64,000 bases of DNA from an uncultured delta proteobacterium. Lineage in GTDB: Bacteria > Myxococcota_A > Polyangia > Fen-1088. This document shows positions 36,918 through 46,962 of this stretch, piece after piece (within the stretch, counting starts at the first letter, position 1; the number at the start of each line of letters is the position of its first letter). The notes below the pieces were generated by a model. The model was not told where the DNA came from. It was given only the letters and a program-made list of their open reading frames with translations, and ran no database searches. The stretch spans positions 5,551-69,550 of the forward strand of contig CAWGPW010000010.1 of assembly GCA_963824555.1 (NCBI GenBank). Reading direction: 5' to 3'. A program made the position numbers and the translations under genes.

Positions 36918-38798
36918 TCAATCGCCCGTGCAGTACCGTCGCCAAGCCGTGCGAAACGCTGCCTCGAGATGGCGCGCGAAGCGCGGCGCATCTCCGAGAG
37001 GCGAGGCTTCAAGGCGGGGACGAAGCTCGGCCCGCAACTGGGTAAGGCGGGGAAGGTCGTACGCGAGCGCGACCGCCTCGGCAAGGAGCTCGTCCTCGGA
37101 GCTGGCGACGAGGTCGGGAAGCCCGAGGTTCATGGCGAGGCACGTTCCAGCCCGGTGCAGGGACGTGCTGCCTGTCAAGGTCACGACCGGAACGCCCATC
37201 CACAACGCATCGAGGCTGGTGGTTGCGCCCGTGAACGGGAAGGTGTCGAGCCCGATGTCGATGCGCCGATAGCGCTCGAGGTATTCGCGCCGCGAGACGC
37301 GCTTACCGAATTCCACGCGGTTTGGTTCCACGCCATCCGCAGCCAGTCTCCGCAAGGTGTCTTTCTGGCCTGGCTCCTCCGCGTAGAGAAGCAGCCGAGA
37401 GCCCGGGATTTTGCGCAGGACGCGCGCCCAAAGGGAGAGAACCCCTGGGTGCACTTTGCGGTAACTGTTTTGGCAGCCGAACGTGACGACACCGGCGGTG
37501 AGGGCGGGCAGGGGACCCACCGGTAAATCAGGCTCGAGCGAGGCGTAGCACCACGACGTTTCGGGCAGGTGCAGGCAGGCCTCGGAATAGAGGCCGAGAT
37601 CGGTTCCCGGCGGATCGACGTAGGGATCCGTGATCCGGTAGTCGATGGCATCGAGCCCCGTGGTGCCCGCGTAGCCGAGCCAGGTGATTTGCACGGGCGC
37701 AGGCTTGCACGCGAACAGGCGCAGGCGACCCCCGGCGCTGTGGAGGGCGAGATCCACGAGGATGTCGATGCGGTCTTTGCGCACGAGCTCGGCGGCGGCG
37801 ACGTCGTCGAGGTAGCGGATGTCCCGAAAACGGGTGCCTGCCCAAGTCCGGTACTGCTCAGTCGCGAAGTCGGGCTGGTCGACGGAGGAATAGAGGTAGA
37901 TCTCGAACGACGACCGATCGTGGTGTGCGAAGAGCGGCGTCAGAAATTGGCGCATGGGGTGGGCGCGGAAATCGGGGGAGACGTAGCCGAGTCGCAGCGG
38001 GCGATCGGGGTTCTTGTCGCTCGCGTGAGGCCGCTGGTAGGGCTGCAGCGGCTCGGCATGCAGGCGCGCCCAGCGTCGGCCCTCGGCGAGCAGGGCCCGG
38101 GCGTCGTACCCGGGAGCGGTGAGCGCCACGAGAATCAGGTTGCTGTGGGCGTCGTGGTCGCCTGGGTCGAGCTTGAAGGCGCGCCGGTAGCTCAGGATGG
38201 CGCTCCCCCGGTCGCCCAACTCGACCAGCGCGTTTCCCAAGTGATGGTGGGCCGGGGCATGGTTCGGGTCGAGCTCGACGGCGCGCCGGCAGCACGCGAG
38301 CGACTCTTCCACGCGGCCGAGCTGCAACAGCACCCAGGCCAGACTGACATGAAAAGGCGCGCTCTCCGGACGGAGCGCCACGGCCCGTTCGAGGTGCGGC
38401 AGCGCCTCGTCGGGCCTTCCACGATTCATGAGTGTGATGCCGAGGTTCTGATGGGCCTCCGGAAACGCGGGGTCCAAGACGAGGATGCGTTCGAAAGCAG
38501 CGGCGGCCCGTTCGAGGTCGCCCTGCCGGCGATAAGCTTCGCCGAGATTCGTGAGCAGCACGGGAAGAAGCGCCGGATCGTCCGGCCGAATCGCCAGCAG
38601 GCGCTCGAGGGTGCGGCTCGACTCCTGGAAGCGCCCCGATTCGAACAGCAGCACGCTCAGCTCGAAGAGGGCGTCCGAGTCCTGCGGGCTGCGCGTGAGA
38701 AGCTGGCGATAGAGGGTCTCGGCCTCCTTGGTTTGGCCGGCGGCTCGGGCGGCCCGGGCGCGCTCCCAAAGCCGACTTGGAGGATGCGATGCTTTCAC
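36918..38798 (-). CDS. TPR-repeat O-GlcNAc transferase-like protein (SPINDLY/GT41)
   Basis: Several TPRs, then AHSNLI, LRLGYVSPDFRAHP, RIDILVDLALH, KPAPVQITWLGY, DIGLDTFPFTGATTSLDALWMGVPVV. Start set to GTG 38798 because the longer ORF overlaps a divergent gene. Confidence 0.9.
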   Translation of the reverse strand: MKASHPPSRLWERARAARAAGQTKEAETLYRQLLTRSPQDSDALFELSVLLFESGRFQESSRTLERLLAIRPDDPALLPVLLTNLGEAYRRQGDLERAAAAFERILVLDPAFPEAHQNLGITLMNRGRPDEALPHLERAVALRPESAPFHVSLAWVLLQLGRVEESLACCRRAVELDPNHAPAHHHLGNALVELGDRGSAILSYRRAFKLDPGDHDAHSNLILVALTAPGYDARALLAEGRRWARLHAEPLQPYQRPHASDKNPDRPLRLGYVSPDFRAHPMRQFLTPLFAHHDRSSFEIYLYSSVDQPDFATEQYRTWAGTRFRDIRYLDDVAAAELVRKDRIDILVDLALHSAGGRLRLFACKPAPVQITWLGYAGTTGLDAIDYRITDPYVDPPGTDLGLYSEACLHLPETSWCYASLEPDLPVGPLPALTAGVVTFGCQNSYRKVHPGVLSLWARVLRKIPGSRLLLYAEEPGQKDTLRRLAADGVEPNRVEFGKRVSRREYLERYRRIDIGLDTFPFTGATTSLDALWMGVPVVTLTGSTSLHRAGTCLAMNLGLPDLVASSEDELLAEAVALAYDLPRLTQLRAELRPRLEASPLGDAPRFARHLEAAFRTAWRRYCTGD

Positions 38799-38918
38799 GG
38801 TTCGGTGACTTTCCCCTTGTCGGCTAGTCTTCCACGGACGCAGCGTCTTTCCCAGTTGCCTTCTGGCCTCGGTGATTCCCCGCTCGACCGCGCGGCGCGG
38901 GGACGGTAGAGAGAGCCC

Positions 38919-40253
38919 GTGGCAATGCCTGACCTCGCGACGTCTCTCGATGCGCGCGCCCTCGAGCGTGCGGCCGCGGTCATTCTCGCCGACGAGCTCG
39001 CTCAGACGGCCACGCTGCACCTGCCCGGCGGGCGCGAGCGCCATCGTCGTCGGCTCGAGCAAGCGATCGAGCTCGCAAGCCGCGTTCTCGTCGCGGCCGA
39101 GGGTGCGGGAGGGAGCGCGAAGACCATCGCGGGTGCCCGTTCCACGTTGGTGAAGGCGCACGCTGCCCGTGCGCGAGACGCCCGCCACGGAGCGGGGCAA
39201 CTCTCGCTCGGCGCCCAGCGCGCCCCGACGTGCGAAGACTGCGACGACGGCTGGCGGCGGGTCGAGGAGATTGTCGCTGTTGCGGAGGCGTCGGCGTTGG
39301 CGGCGGCGGGCGTGGCCGCCGAGATGGACAACAAGACTACGTGGAAGGCAGCTCGGGCGGCGGAGGACGCGGCACACGATGCACGCCGGATCGTCGACGA
39401 ACGAAACCACGCTTACACGTTCCATGCCGCCCCGGGCTTCTCGTTCGGTGAAGGCTGGTACCTCGCGGCGGCGGCCGTCCTTGCCGGCGTCGCGATTCAG
39501 ATCGAGCCGGGCAAGGCGCAGACGGCGCAGGCGGAACGGTTCCTTCGCGACGCCGGCCTCGGTTCCAAGCTTGTGCCGTATCGCTCGCGCCCGCGCGCGA
39601 ACAAGCACCTACCCGAGATCGTCGCGCGCGTCTTTCGCGAAGGCCCTCTTTCCGCGCAGCGAAAGCTCCGGGCCGCGTTCCTCGGCGATGCACCGATCCC
39701 GCGGACGATCCTCGATTGGGCCGCTCGGAGACTCGCCGGTGTCTCGGCGAGAAGGAAGGTTCTGCTCTGGGTCCGCTACGGTGCGCACCATCCCACGCGA
39801 AACACGACGTACCCCGAGCTGGTCGATCTTGCCCGACGAGCACTGGCCGCCAATCTCGTGCCTGTCCTGGTTGGCGACGCTGTCCATGACGGGGGACTTC
39901 CATTGGGGGCCGTCGACATGACGCTTTTTTGGAAGGAGCCCCTCTTCCAAGGCTCCGACATGCGGCGCGCGCAGCTCCAGCTCTTCGAGGATCTGAAGGG
40001 GGAGCACGCTCTGGTCGGCCAGCTCGGGGTCACCACCGCGGGCATGGATGGCCCCGCGCTGATGGGCCTTCCAACGATGTACCTCACGGATGCGGCGAAC
40101 GTCCGGCTGGGCACGTGGGTTGGAACGGTTCCAGATTACGAAGAGGTCGTGCGCGGCGACGGGTACCTCGAACGTGTCAGCGACAGGTTGAGGCGATGGG
40201 ACGGGTGTACGCCGCCAACGAACCCGCAGGACGGAATCCCGGCTCAGAAGTAG
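38919..40253 (+). CDS. Hypothetical protein (Ala-rich helical N-terminus, alpha/beta C-terminus)
   Basis: Long ORF with protein-like composition, divergent from the GT41 gene; no recognised family. Confidence 0.6.
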   Translation: MAMPDLATSLDARALERAAAVILADELAQTATLHLPGGRERHRRRLEQAIELASRVLVAAEGAGGSAKTIAGARSTLVKAHAARARDARHGAGQLSLGAQRAPTCEDCDDGWRRVEEIVAVAEASALAAAGVAAEMDNKTTWKAARAAEDAAHDARRIVDERNHAYTFHAAPGFSFGEGWYLAAAAVLAGVAIQIEPGKAQTAQAERFLRDAGLGSKLVPYRSRPRANKHLPEIVARVFREGPLSAQRKLRAAFLGDAPIPRTILDWAARRLAGVSARRKVLLWVRYGAHHPTRNTTYPELVDLARRALAANLVPVLVGDAVHDGGLPLGAVDMTLFWKEPLFQGSDMRRAQLQLFEDLKGEHALVGQLGVTTAGMDGPALMGLPTMYLTDAANVRLGTWVGTVPDYEEVVRGDGYLERVSDRLRRWDGCTPPTNPQDGIPAQK

Positions 40254-41164
40254 AGGAAGGATGCCGAAATTCCCAGGGAATATGACCTCAGGCGATAGCC
40301 GGTGTCGGGTTGATCCGATGAATCTTTCATCGAGGCGGAAAGGGCGCCACCCCCCACGAGCGAGAGCCCGATGGACCACGCTGGACCAATTGCCCAGTCG
40401 TAACCGGCAAAGACGTTGCCAGCCGCGCTGGTGCCGGTCATCGTGCTGTCATCCGCACGGTTCTTGACGCTGGTGAAGCCGAAGCCCGCGGAAAGACCGA
40501 CATGCCAGCCGTCCGAAGGATTGGGGTACCAATCAACCAGCAAGCCGAGCGCGGAGAAGCTGGCATCGGCCCGGGACGAAGCAGCCGCCGACCCTCCATT
40601 GGAGGTCACCTTTTCGTCCACAAAGGGACCTCCTTCGAAGGTCGTGGTAGTGCTGGAGCCTTGAATTGCTCCGGCCAAGACCAAGCCGCGTACAATGCTC
40701 CCGCCAATGGCGATCAATTCATTGGAACCCAAGCCGTGCAAGGACGCCGCTCCCTTGGGACCGTTGCCGGCTATGTGCACGTCGCCCAACCCGCTGCCGA
40801 TCCGCATGTAGAAACCGTCTCGAATCCAATTTCGTGAGCAATCATGCGTGCGCGACCGTGGCACCTCGGCGGCTGGCGGCGTCGGCGGGTTCTGCGTCGA
40901 GGGCGGAGCCGCCGCCGATACCGCCTCGAACGCGGCGGGCGCCACGGGAGCAGCCGGCCCTGGCGGTGCGGGTGAAGCTATCCCTGTCTGGATGTCCGGC
41001 GGCGGCAAGGGCGCAGCGGTTGGAGGTGGATTCTCGCTGCCAGCGCCGGCAGCGGGAGACTGCGAGAGCGGTGGCTGTCCGGTGGTCGTGGTCTGGGCGC
41101 CCGCCAGCGACGTGAGCGATAGGCAAGCGATCAATGTCAAGAGAGGTTGAATGGAATAGCGCAT
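40244..41164 (-). CDS. Outer-membrane beta-barrel-like protein with Pro-rich linker
   Basis: Signal peptide, Pro/Ala linker, DGFYMRIGSG, alternating beta-strands, terminal aromatic residue (FLYF). Confidence 0.7.
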   Translation of the reverse strand: MRYSIQPLLTLIACLSLTSLAGAQTTTTGQPPLSQSPAAGAGSENPPPTAAPLPPPDIQTGIASPAPPGPAAPVAPAAFEAVSAAAPPSTQNPPTPPAAEVPRSRTHDCSRNWIRDGFYMRIGSGLGDVHIAGNGPKGAASLHGLGSNELIAIGGSIVRGLVLAGAIQGSSTTTTFEGGPFVDEKVTSNGGSAAASSRADASFSALGLLVDWYPNPSDGWHVGLSAGFGFTSVKNRADDSTMTGTSAAGNVFAGYDWAIGPAWSIGLSLVGGGALSASMKDSSDQPDTGYRLRSYSLGISASFLYF

Positions 41165-41302
41165 GGATAGCTCCGTTCGTGTGTCAATCATGACAACACC
41201 ACGAAGGCAAGTGTCGTTGACCAGAAAACGAGGGCTACCCGGCGATTGTCACTTGCGCGGTGACGGATCGAGTGGACGGCAACAGCCGAGCGCTGCCCGC
41301 GG

Positions 41303-42271
41303 CTACGCGGCCTTGGCGAGGAATTCCGCGGCCCACGTCTCCAGCTTGCGCGCGTCGGCGTAGAAGTGGCGGATTCCCTCGGAGAGCTTGTCCACGGCCA
41401 TGGCGTCTTGGTTGTGCAAGAACCGGTAGCTCTTCTCGTCCAAATGAAGGGGTGTCGCATCGCTGGCCATGGCCGAGGCCACCGACAGACGGCGCGGCAA
41501 CTCGCCTTCGCGCTTCTCGAGATCGGCGAGGATATCGGGGCTGATGGTGAGCAGATCGCACCCGGCGAGCGCCATCACCTGTTCGGTCTTGCGGAAGCTT
41601 GCGCCCATCACCTGGGTCTTGTAGTCGAATTTCTTGTAGTGGTTGTAGATGCGTACGACGGAAGCCACACCCGGATCCTGTTCGGGCGGGATGTCGTGCA
41701 CGCCGCGCTCCTTGAGATAGTAATCGTAGATGCGTCCCACGAAGGGAGAGATGAGCGTCACCTTCGCCTCCGCCGCTGCCACCGCCTGCGCGAACGAGAA
41801 CAGCAGGGTCATGTTGCAGTGGATGCCTTCCTTCTCCAGCTGCTCGGCGGCGCGAATCCCTTCCCAGGTCGTGCCGACCTTGATGAGGATGCGCTCCTTG
41901 GCAACGCCCGCCTTGCGGTAGAGCTCGATGAAGTTGCGGGCCTTGGCGAGGGTGCCTTCGGTGTCGAACGAGAAGGACGCGTCAACCTCGGTCGAAACGC
42001 GGCCGGGGACGATCTTCAGGATCTCGCGGCCGAAATTGACCGCCAACTTCTCCATGAAGGCCGACCTTCGGCGCGATTCGTCGCCGGGTTGCGTCCCGGC
42101 GTAGCGGACCGCCTCCTCTACCAGCGCACGGTATCGGGGCAGCGGCGCGACCTTGAGCAGGAGCGACGGATTGGTCGTCGCGTCCTGCGGCTTGTGCTCG
42201 GCGATGGCTTCGATGTCTCCGGTGTCGGCGACGACCACGGTGTGTTTCTTCAGCGAATCTAGCAGCGTCAT
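41303..42271 (-). CDS. tal: Transaldolase
   Basis: VVADTGD, DATTNPSL, GRVSTEVDA, RILIK, TWEGIRAA, CNMTLLFS, LISPFVGRI, VMGASFR. Confidence 0.97.
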   Translation of the reverse strand: MTLLDSLKKHTVVVADTGDIEAIAEHKPQDATTNPSLLLKVAPLPRYRALVEEAVRYAGTQPGDESRRRSAFMEKLAVNFGREILKIVPGRVSTEVDASFSFDTEGTLAKARNFIELYRKAGVAKERILIKVGTTWEGIRAAEQLEKEGIHCNMTLLFSFAQAVAAAEAKVTLISPFVGRIYDYYLKERGVHDIPPEQDPGVASVVRIYNHYKKFDYKTQVMGASFRKTEQVMALAGCDLLTISPDILADLEKREGELPRRLSVASAMASDATPLHLDEKSYRFLHNQDAMAVDKLSEGIRHFYADARKLETWAAEFLAKAA

Positions 42272-42349
42272 GGCGACCTCCCTTGCCTCGACTTCAGGCA
42301 AGTCTGGCCCGCAACGCGTGTCCGCGCACGCACTTCGCGAGGAGCCGGT

Positions 42350-42619
42350 TCAGGCCTTGGCGAGAACCCCTCGGCGGCGCAGATCGTCGACATAGGCCAG
42401 CAAGTGCATCGCCTCGAAGCGCTCGCGCGCGGCTGGATTGGCCTGCAGGTACGCGGTGTGTGCCGCCTGCATGAAACCGTCGAGATCCACGTCGAGACGA
42501 ACTGCACACTCCGCGGCACGCGACATCGTCGTGTTCGCGTCCGCCACCATCGACTCTCGATTGCTCACCGACAAGTCAAGAGTGGCCCGTGCCTTCAACT
42601 CTTGCCCTTCTGCCTTCAT
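42350..42619 (-). CDS. Small hypothetical helical protein
   Basis: GGAGG RBS before ATG; co-oriented upstream of tal; about 89 aa. Confidence 0.55.
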   Translation of the reverse strand: MKAEGQELKARATLDLSVSNRESMVADANTTMSRAAECAVRLDVDLDGFMQAAHTAYLQANPAARERFEAMHLLAYVDDLRRRGVLAKA

Positions 42620-42879
42620 AACCAAATCCTCCGATACTCAGAGTGAGCACGGATCGAGCCTGGTCAAGCCAAAGAAGGTGGGCTGGAGGCGGACTAGCAG
42701 GATCGGTTGACAGGGAAACGGGGCCTGACCGGCACTGGCCATGCAACATGCGGCGTGAGGCGACATTCGCGATCGCCGCGGCGTGCTGACCCACAGCCCA
42801 TGCGGAAGGGAAACCCGGCACGGCCTGCATCGACCGCCTGATCAAAAAGGAACTTCTAAGTCCAGAAAGCGATTCACCC

Positions 42880-43115
42880 GAACCGGCCAGGAGGTCGACT
42901 TCGTGCTCTACGGGGAGCGAGGGCTCAAGGCGTTCGAGATCAAGCGCGGCTCGCGCCTCCGTTCCGGGGATCTCGACGCGATTGACCTGTTCCTCCACGA
43001 CTACCCCATGGCCGAAGCGTATGTGGTCTACGGCGGTGATCGCGCCTACCGGGAAGGCAAGATCCGGGTCGTACCCGCGGCCGATTGTTTGCGGGAGCTG
43101 AGCGACCTTTTGTAG
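42880..43115 (+). pseudogene. C-terminal fragment of an AAA ATPase/DUF4143 protein (PD-(D/E)xK-like tail)
   Basis: RTGQEVDFVL...AFEIKRG...AYVVYGG...VVP, with no upstream ATPase domain. Confidence 0.65.
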
Positions 43116-43175
43116 GCAGGCGAGGACGGCACTTTGCCTCAAGGACCGTCTGGAAGGGCAACGGCCGGGAGCAAG

Positions 43176-44438
43176 CTAGTAGACGGCCATCTGCCCGCTC
43201 AAGATCAGCATCGCCAGCATGATCATGACTCCGGAGTAATAGCGAGGCGTTCCGGTCGAGGGAACCAGATTCCACGCCGCATTGATGAACTCCGTGCGCT
43301 GGTCAACAGTGGCGATGAGCGCGAGGGCACCGCTTGCGGCGACCAGGGAGTTTTGGTGGGTCGGGTCGATGACGGTGTTCCCGTCCAAGGAGTATGCCCC
43401 TGCGTAGGTATCGATGCCTTGTCCGGCAAAGAACTGCAACAGTCGGTTGCTCTCGTCCTTCTCCCACGGCTGGCTGCCTGCCCAGATGTAGTCGAGCGCG
43501 ATGCTGATCAAGGTGCGGTAGCAATCGGGCATGAAGGTGTCCGAACCTGGGACCGGCGTTCCATCGAACGTCGCCCGCGACGGCATTAGTCCGGTGGTCG
43601 CGTTCGCCGAGGCCTGCCAGTAATTTCGGCTGGCGGTTGCCGCCTCGGACCAGAAAGCATCGCCCGTTGCTTGCTGCCACAACTCGTAGTAGGCGGGCAT
43701 GGCGATGGAAGGCCGCGAGGTGTTCGCGGAGTCGACGCTGGGCGTGTCGTAGACCAGCTTGCTATTCGGATCGAACGTGCCGGTAACGCCATCGACGATT
43801 CCGCAATTGTACGCCTGCTTGTAGCGAATGATATCGAGGAGGCTCTGCGCCTCCTGGCCGTAATCGATGGTTCCAGGCACGTCTTTCCAGCGTCCACGCG
43901 CCAAGAGTAGTGCGGTGGCAATCTGCTGAAGACCAAAGGGATCGTCGCATGCGACGGCGGTACTTCCGTTGTCGCAGAACGAAGGGAAATAGCCTTGGCT
44001 GGGGCCGCTCGCATACTGGCTGGCCTTGGCGTAACGCCACAGCCGATCGAACTCGTCGCGTTTGTCGAGCTCGACCGCGATCATCATGCCGACTCCCATG
44101 CCCTCGCTGCGAATATCGTTGTGAAAGACGTCGAGGATGTACGCTTGGTCGGTTCCGGTAGTGAAGTAGATGGCCTGGCTCGCTGGATCGCCATGGAATA
44201 GTTGGTCGAAGGTGGTGGCGATTTTGGCGGCGATGTCGGCGTCGCTTTCGCCAAGCACGTCGCGGAAGGCATTCGGATAGAAGCCTGGGGCGCGGAGTGC
44301 CCCTAGGGCGGCGCCATCATCCAGGGTGTAGCCAGTCTCACCGCAACCGATGGAGTGGAGCGTGGTATTGCACGAAGGAAGCAGTGCAAGCGCAAGCCCC
44401 ACCTTGGCCAACCTGGGGATCGCTCGGTGGGTGGGCAT
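43176..44438 (-). CDS. GH8 glycoside hydrolase lipoprotein (xylanase/Rex-like)
   Basis: YPNAFRD, DIRSEGMGVGMMIAVELDKRDEFDRLWRYAK, MPAYYELW, TTGLMP, DCYR, RYYSG; lipobox LPSC; TGATG coupling to the upstream gene. Confidence 0.82.
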   Translation of the reverse strand: MPTHRAIPRLAKVGLALALLPSCNTTLHSIGCGETGYTLDDGAALGALRAPGFYPNAFRDVLGESDADIAAKIATTFDQLFHGDPASQAIYFTTGTDQAYILDVFHNDIRSEGMGVGMMIAVELDKRDEFDRLWRYAKASQYASGPSQGYFPSFCDNGSTAVACDDPFGLQQIATALLLARGRWKDVPGTIDYGQEAQSLLDIIRYKQAYNCGIVDGVTGTFDPNSKLVYDTPSVDSANTSRPSIAMPAYYELWQQATGDAFWSEAATASRNYWQASANATTGLMPSRATFDGTPVPGSDTFMPDCYRTLISIALDYIWAGSQPWEKDESNRLLQFFAGQGIDTYAGAYSLDGNTVIDPTHQNSLVAASGALALIATVDQRTEFINAAWNLVPSTGTPRYYSGVMIMLAMLILSGQMAVY

Positions 44439-45136
44439 CACTGTCCTGCGATGGATTGCAACCGCGCCGCGTGGACGCTCTTCGGGTGGCGCCGCAGAAA
44501 TTCCTTGGCGTACGACCGTGCAGCATCTGCCTGGCCACATCTGGCCAAGGCGTCGATGCGCAGGACCTCGGCCTCCAGATGAAGTCGGCCGTGATGAAAA
44601 TTCTGGAAGTAGGCGTCCAGCAAGGATCGTGCCCGGGGGAAGTCGCCGTGTGCCAAGGTGGAGCGAACCGTATCGAGGGCTTCGAGCTCTTCGTGCAGAT
44701 CCGCGTTGGTCGCCACGCCTCTTCTCGAAACCCTGGCAACCGGGAGGAACCTCGGGCTGGCGGGGATGTCAAGAACCGGCGGGGTCGTCGCGGGTGCTGG
44801 CGCGGGCAACCGCTGCACAGGCGGCATCGCTGCGACGGTGGGTGGCGCAGGCGACGCCATCGGCGTCGCACCTCGCCTCAGGATGAAGTAGCCAGCGGGA
44901 ACGCCCACCAGGACGGATGCTGCTGAAACCGTCAGGAGCAGCTTGGTGCCCCAGGTTTTTCCCCAGAACCAGGCCAGAGCGCCGCCCGCCGCGAGTCCGG
45001 TCGATCCGGTGACCCCGAGCGCGGCCAAGGTATGGGCCCGCATGTTGTTGGGGCCACGGTAGGACCTGAGCTCCTGCAGCAACGTCTGTTCGAGTGCGGT
45101 GCCGGTACCGTCCAATAAGCGTTGTGGATCGTCCAT
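44438..45136 (-). CDS. Putative anti-sigma factor (TM segment, Pro linker, TPR/BamD-like C-terminus)
   Basis: Directly follows the ECF sigma gene; TM segment; LHEELEALD...LDAYFQNF..GRLHLEAEVLRIDAL...FLRRHPKS. Confidence 0.7.
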   Translation of the reverse strand: MDDPQRLLDGTGTALEQTLLQELRSYRGPNNMRAHTLAALGVTGSTGLAAGGALAWFWGKTWGTKLLLTVSAASVLVGVPAGYFILRRGATPMASPAPPTVAAMPPVQRLPAPAPATTPPVLDIPASPRFLPVARVSRRGVATNADLHEELEALDTVRSTLAHGDFPRARSLLDAYFQNFHHGRLHLEAEVLRIDALARCGQADAARSYAKEFLRRHPKSVHAARLQSIAGQ

Positions 45137-45747
45137 TACCCCACCTGGGAGCGCAAGCCATTCTCGAGCGTGGAAACGCGATCGCGGAAATCGGCTCGGG
45201 CCCTTCGCAGGCGGGAAGCTACCGTTCCGTTGGGTATCTTGAGCGCGGTGCCGATTTCCGCAGCCGTCATCTGTTCAACCTCGTAGAGCAAGAACACGAT
45301 GCGAAGGTCACGGTCCATCTGGCCCAGAATCTGATCGACGGTTTGTCGCATTTGCCAGCGGTCCACCAATTCCTCGGGTGTCGAGACGGGATCGGCGATC
45401 TGGGGTAACTGGTCGGTCAGAACCTCGCGCCGCCGGGCGACGGTGCGGCGGGAGCGCGCGGCGATGTGGAGTGCGGTTTGCAGGAGAAAGCTCTTTTCGG
45501 AGCCGATCTGCACGTCCTCAAGACGGTTGGACAGGACGATGAACACCCGCTGCACCTCATCGTCGATCTCGGCCTCGGCAGTCCCGGCATTGCGCAGAAT
45601 CCGCGCCACGAAGTCGATATGGCCATCGACCAACTGGCTCAGGCGCGATTTCGTCGTCTTGGGACCTACCACCTTCGCAAGGGTACCAACAAGTCCAGGT
45701 GCGAACAAGGCGGCCTTGGGCCGGGCCAGCCCCGATCTAGAAGCCAT
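45136..45747 (-). CDS. ECF RNA polymerase sigma factor
   Basis: Region 2: FVARILR...IDDEVQRVF...SFLLQTA. Region 4: VFLLYEVEQMTAAEIG..LKIPNGTVASRLRRAR. Confidence 0.9.
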   Translation of the reverse strand: MASRSGLARPKAALFAPGLVGTLAKVVGPKTTKSRLSQLVDGHIDFVARILRNAGTAEAEIDDEVQRVFIVLSNRLEDVQIGSEKSFLLQTALHIAARSRRTVARRREVLTDQLPQIADPVSTPEELVDRWQMRQTVDQILGQMDRDLRIVFLLYEVEQMTAAEIGTALKIPNGTVASRLRRARADFRDRVSTLENGLRSQVG

Positions 45748-46778
45748 AGGCGAGTCCAAGACCGGCCACCGGCGAAAGGGTTGGGGTTTTCTCCACTACA
45801 TGGCTCGGCAGCGTCGTGTAGAATTCTCTCCGGAGGAAGGGCACGCTGACTCCAGCTTCCAGGTCGAGCGAAAAGCCGTGTCCGAGGTAGACCGCCATTC
45901 GCATGATGGCTCCTGCGCTGAGCCAAAGGAGATTCGACCGAGGTCGTGCGTGCGACCTGGTGCCCACTTACGGAAAGCAAGCCAGCCATCACCAAGCCAC
46001 ATGCCTTCACCGTTATGATGCCGGCACCCCAGCCCATCTCACAGACGGTCACGACGAGCCCGGCCAGGCTTGCTTGGGCGGCACCCGGAGATCCCAGAAC
46101 ATCGTTGCGGAGGTAGGTGGCGGCCATCCCCACCGTCGGTCGGAACCTTCCACGGCCAGTTGGCGTCCAGCGCCCAAATACCGCCACGCCCGGGCTCGCG
46201 CCTGAAGACAGGAAGACCGAGCCGACCGACGCCGCGCCGAGCTCGAAACGGGGATTGCTTCGGGGAGCGGTCGAAGGAGGCGACTCCGCCGGCTTTCGGA
46301 CGTCCACCGGCTTCACCGCGGCCGGAGCGATCGTCGGCGCGGGACTTGCGGGGGCAGTCGTCGCCGGAGCCGGGATGGTCACCGTGGCAGGGATTAGAAC
46401 GCTGGGATCCAGCGCCACGGCCGCGGCAAGCGACAGGGCTTGCACCACGTCGTCGCAGCTCGACCCTTGCACCCTGCGCGTGTCGGTTCCCCCGCGATCA
46501 TCCACCATGCGAAGCTCACCCAGCACGTAACGGCGCATCTCGATCAGTCGCACCTGAAGGGTGGTGCGTGGCTCGTCTCCCGTGGCCTGCCGAACGAGAT
46601 GGGTGCGAGAGCTCAGGCTGCTGAAGAAATCGTTGGCATTCGCACACCCCGCAGGGGCATCGACTTCCACCTGCACCGGCTTGATCTCGGACGCTGGATC
46701 GGGCGCCGCCGCCAGACTGGCGACGGCCGCGACGACAGAAAGCATACTGGCCAGGAGCACAACCCTAAGTTGACACAA
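45737..46778 (-). CDS. Exported protein (Cys-pair N-domain, Pro linker, beta-barrel-like C-terminus); apparent +1 frameshift near 45933
   Basis: Signal peptide, APAGC...RRVQGSSCDDVVQALSL. It continues in another frame as LLWLSAG...GLGLAYGF, with a terminal Phe. Confidence 0.65.
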
Positions 46779-46793
46779 GTCGACCCAGCGGCG

Positions 46794-46962
46794 CTAGCAG
46801 CCCGTGGTGGAAGTCGGACCGAGCCGTTCGGAGCGGATTCGGGCCGGATGCAAGGAGCAGCGAAGCGCCGAATACTAGAGGTATTCAAGCGAGCGGCGAC
46901 GCCGCAGACGGCCCAGAATCCGCCCGAACGGCGACGCGGAGACTTTCGCCACGGGCTGCTAG
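46794..46962. mobile_element. MITE-like non-autonomous element with terminal inverted repeats bounded by CTAG
   Basis: Left CTAGCAGCCCGTGGTGGAAGTC versus right GACTTTCGCCACGGGCTGCTAG (20 of 22 complementary), plus an inner inverted repeat; no ORF. Confidence 0.7.

Noticed and set aside
38799-39608. N-terminal 270 aa of the 896-aa GT41 ORF
   Set aside because: Overlaps the divergent plus-strand gene and reads as Arg-rich shadow sequence; the TPRs start after about 38798.
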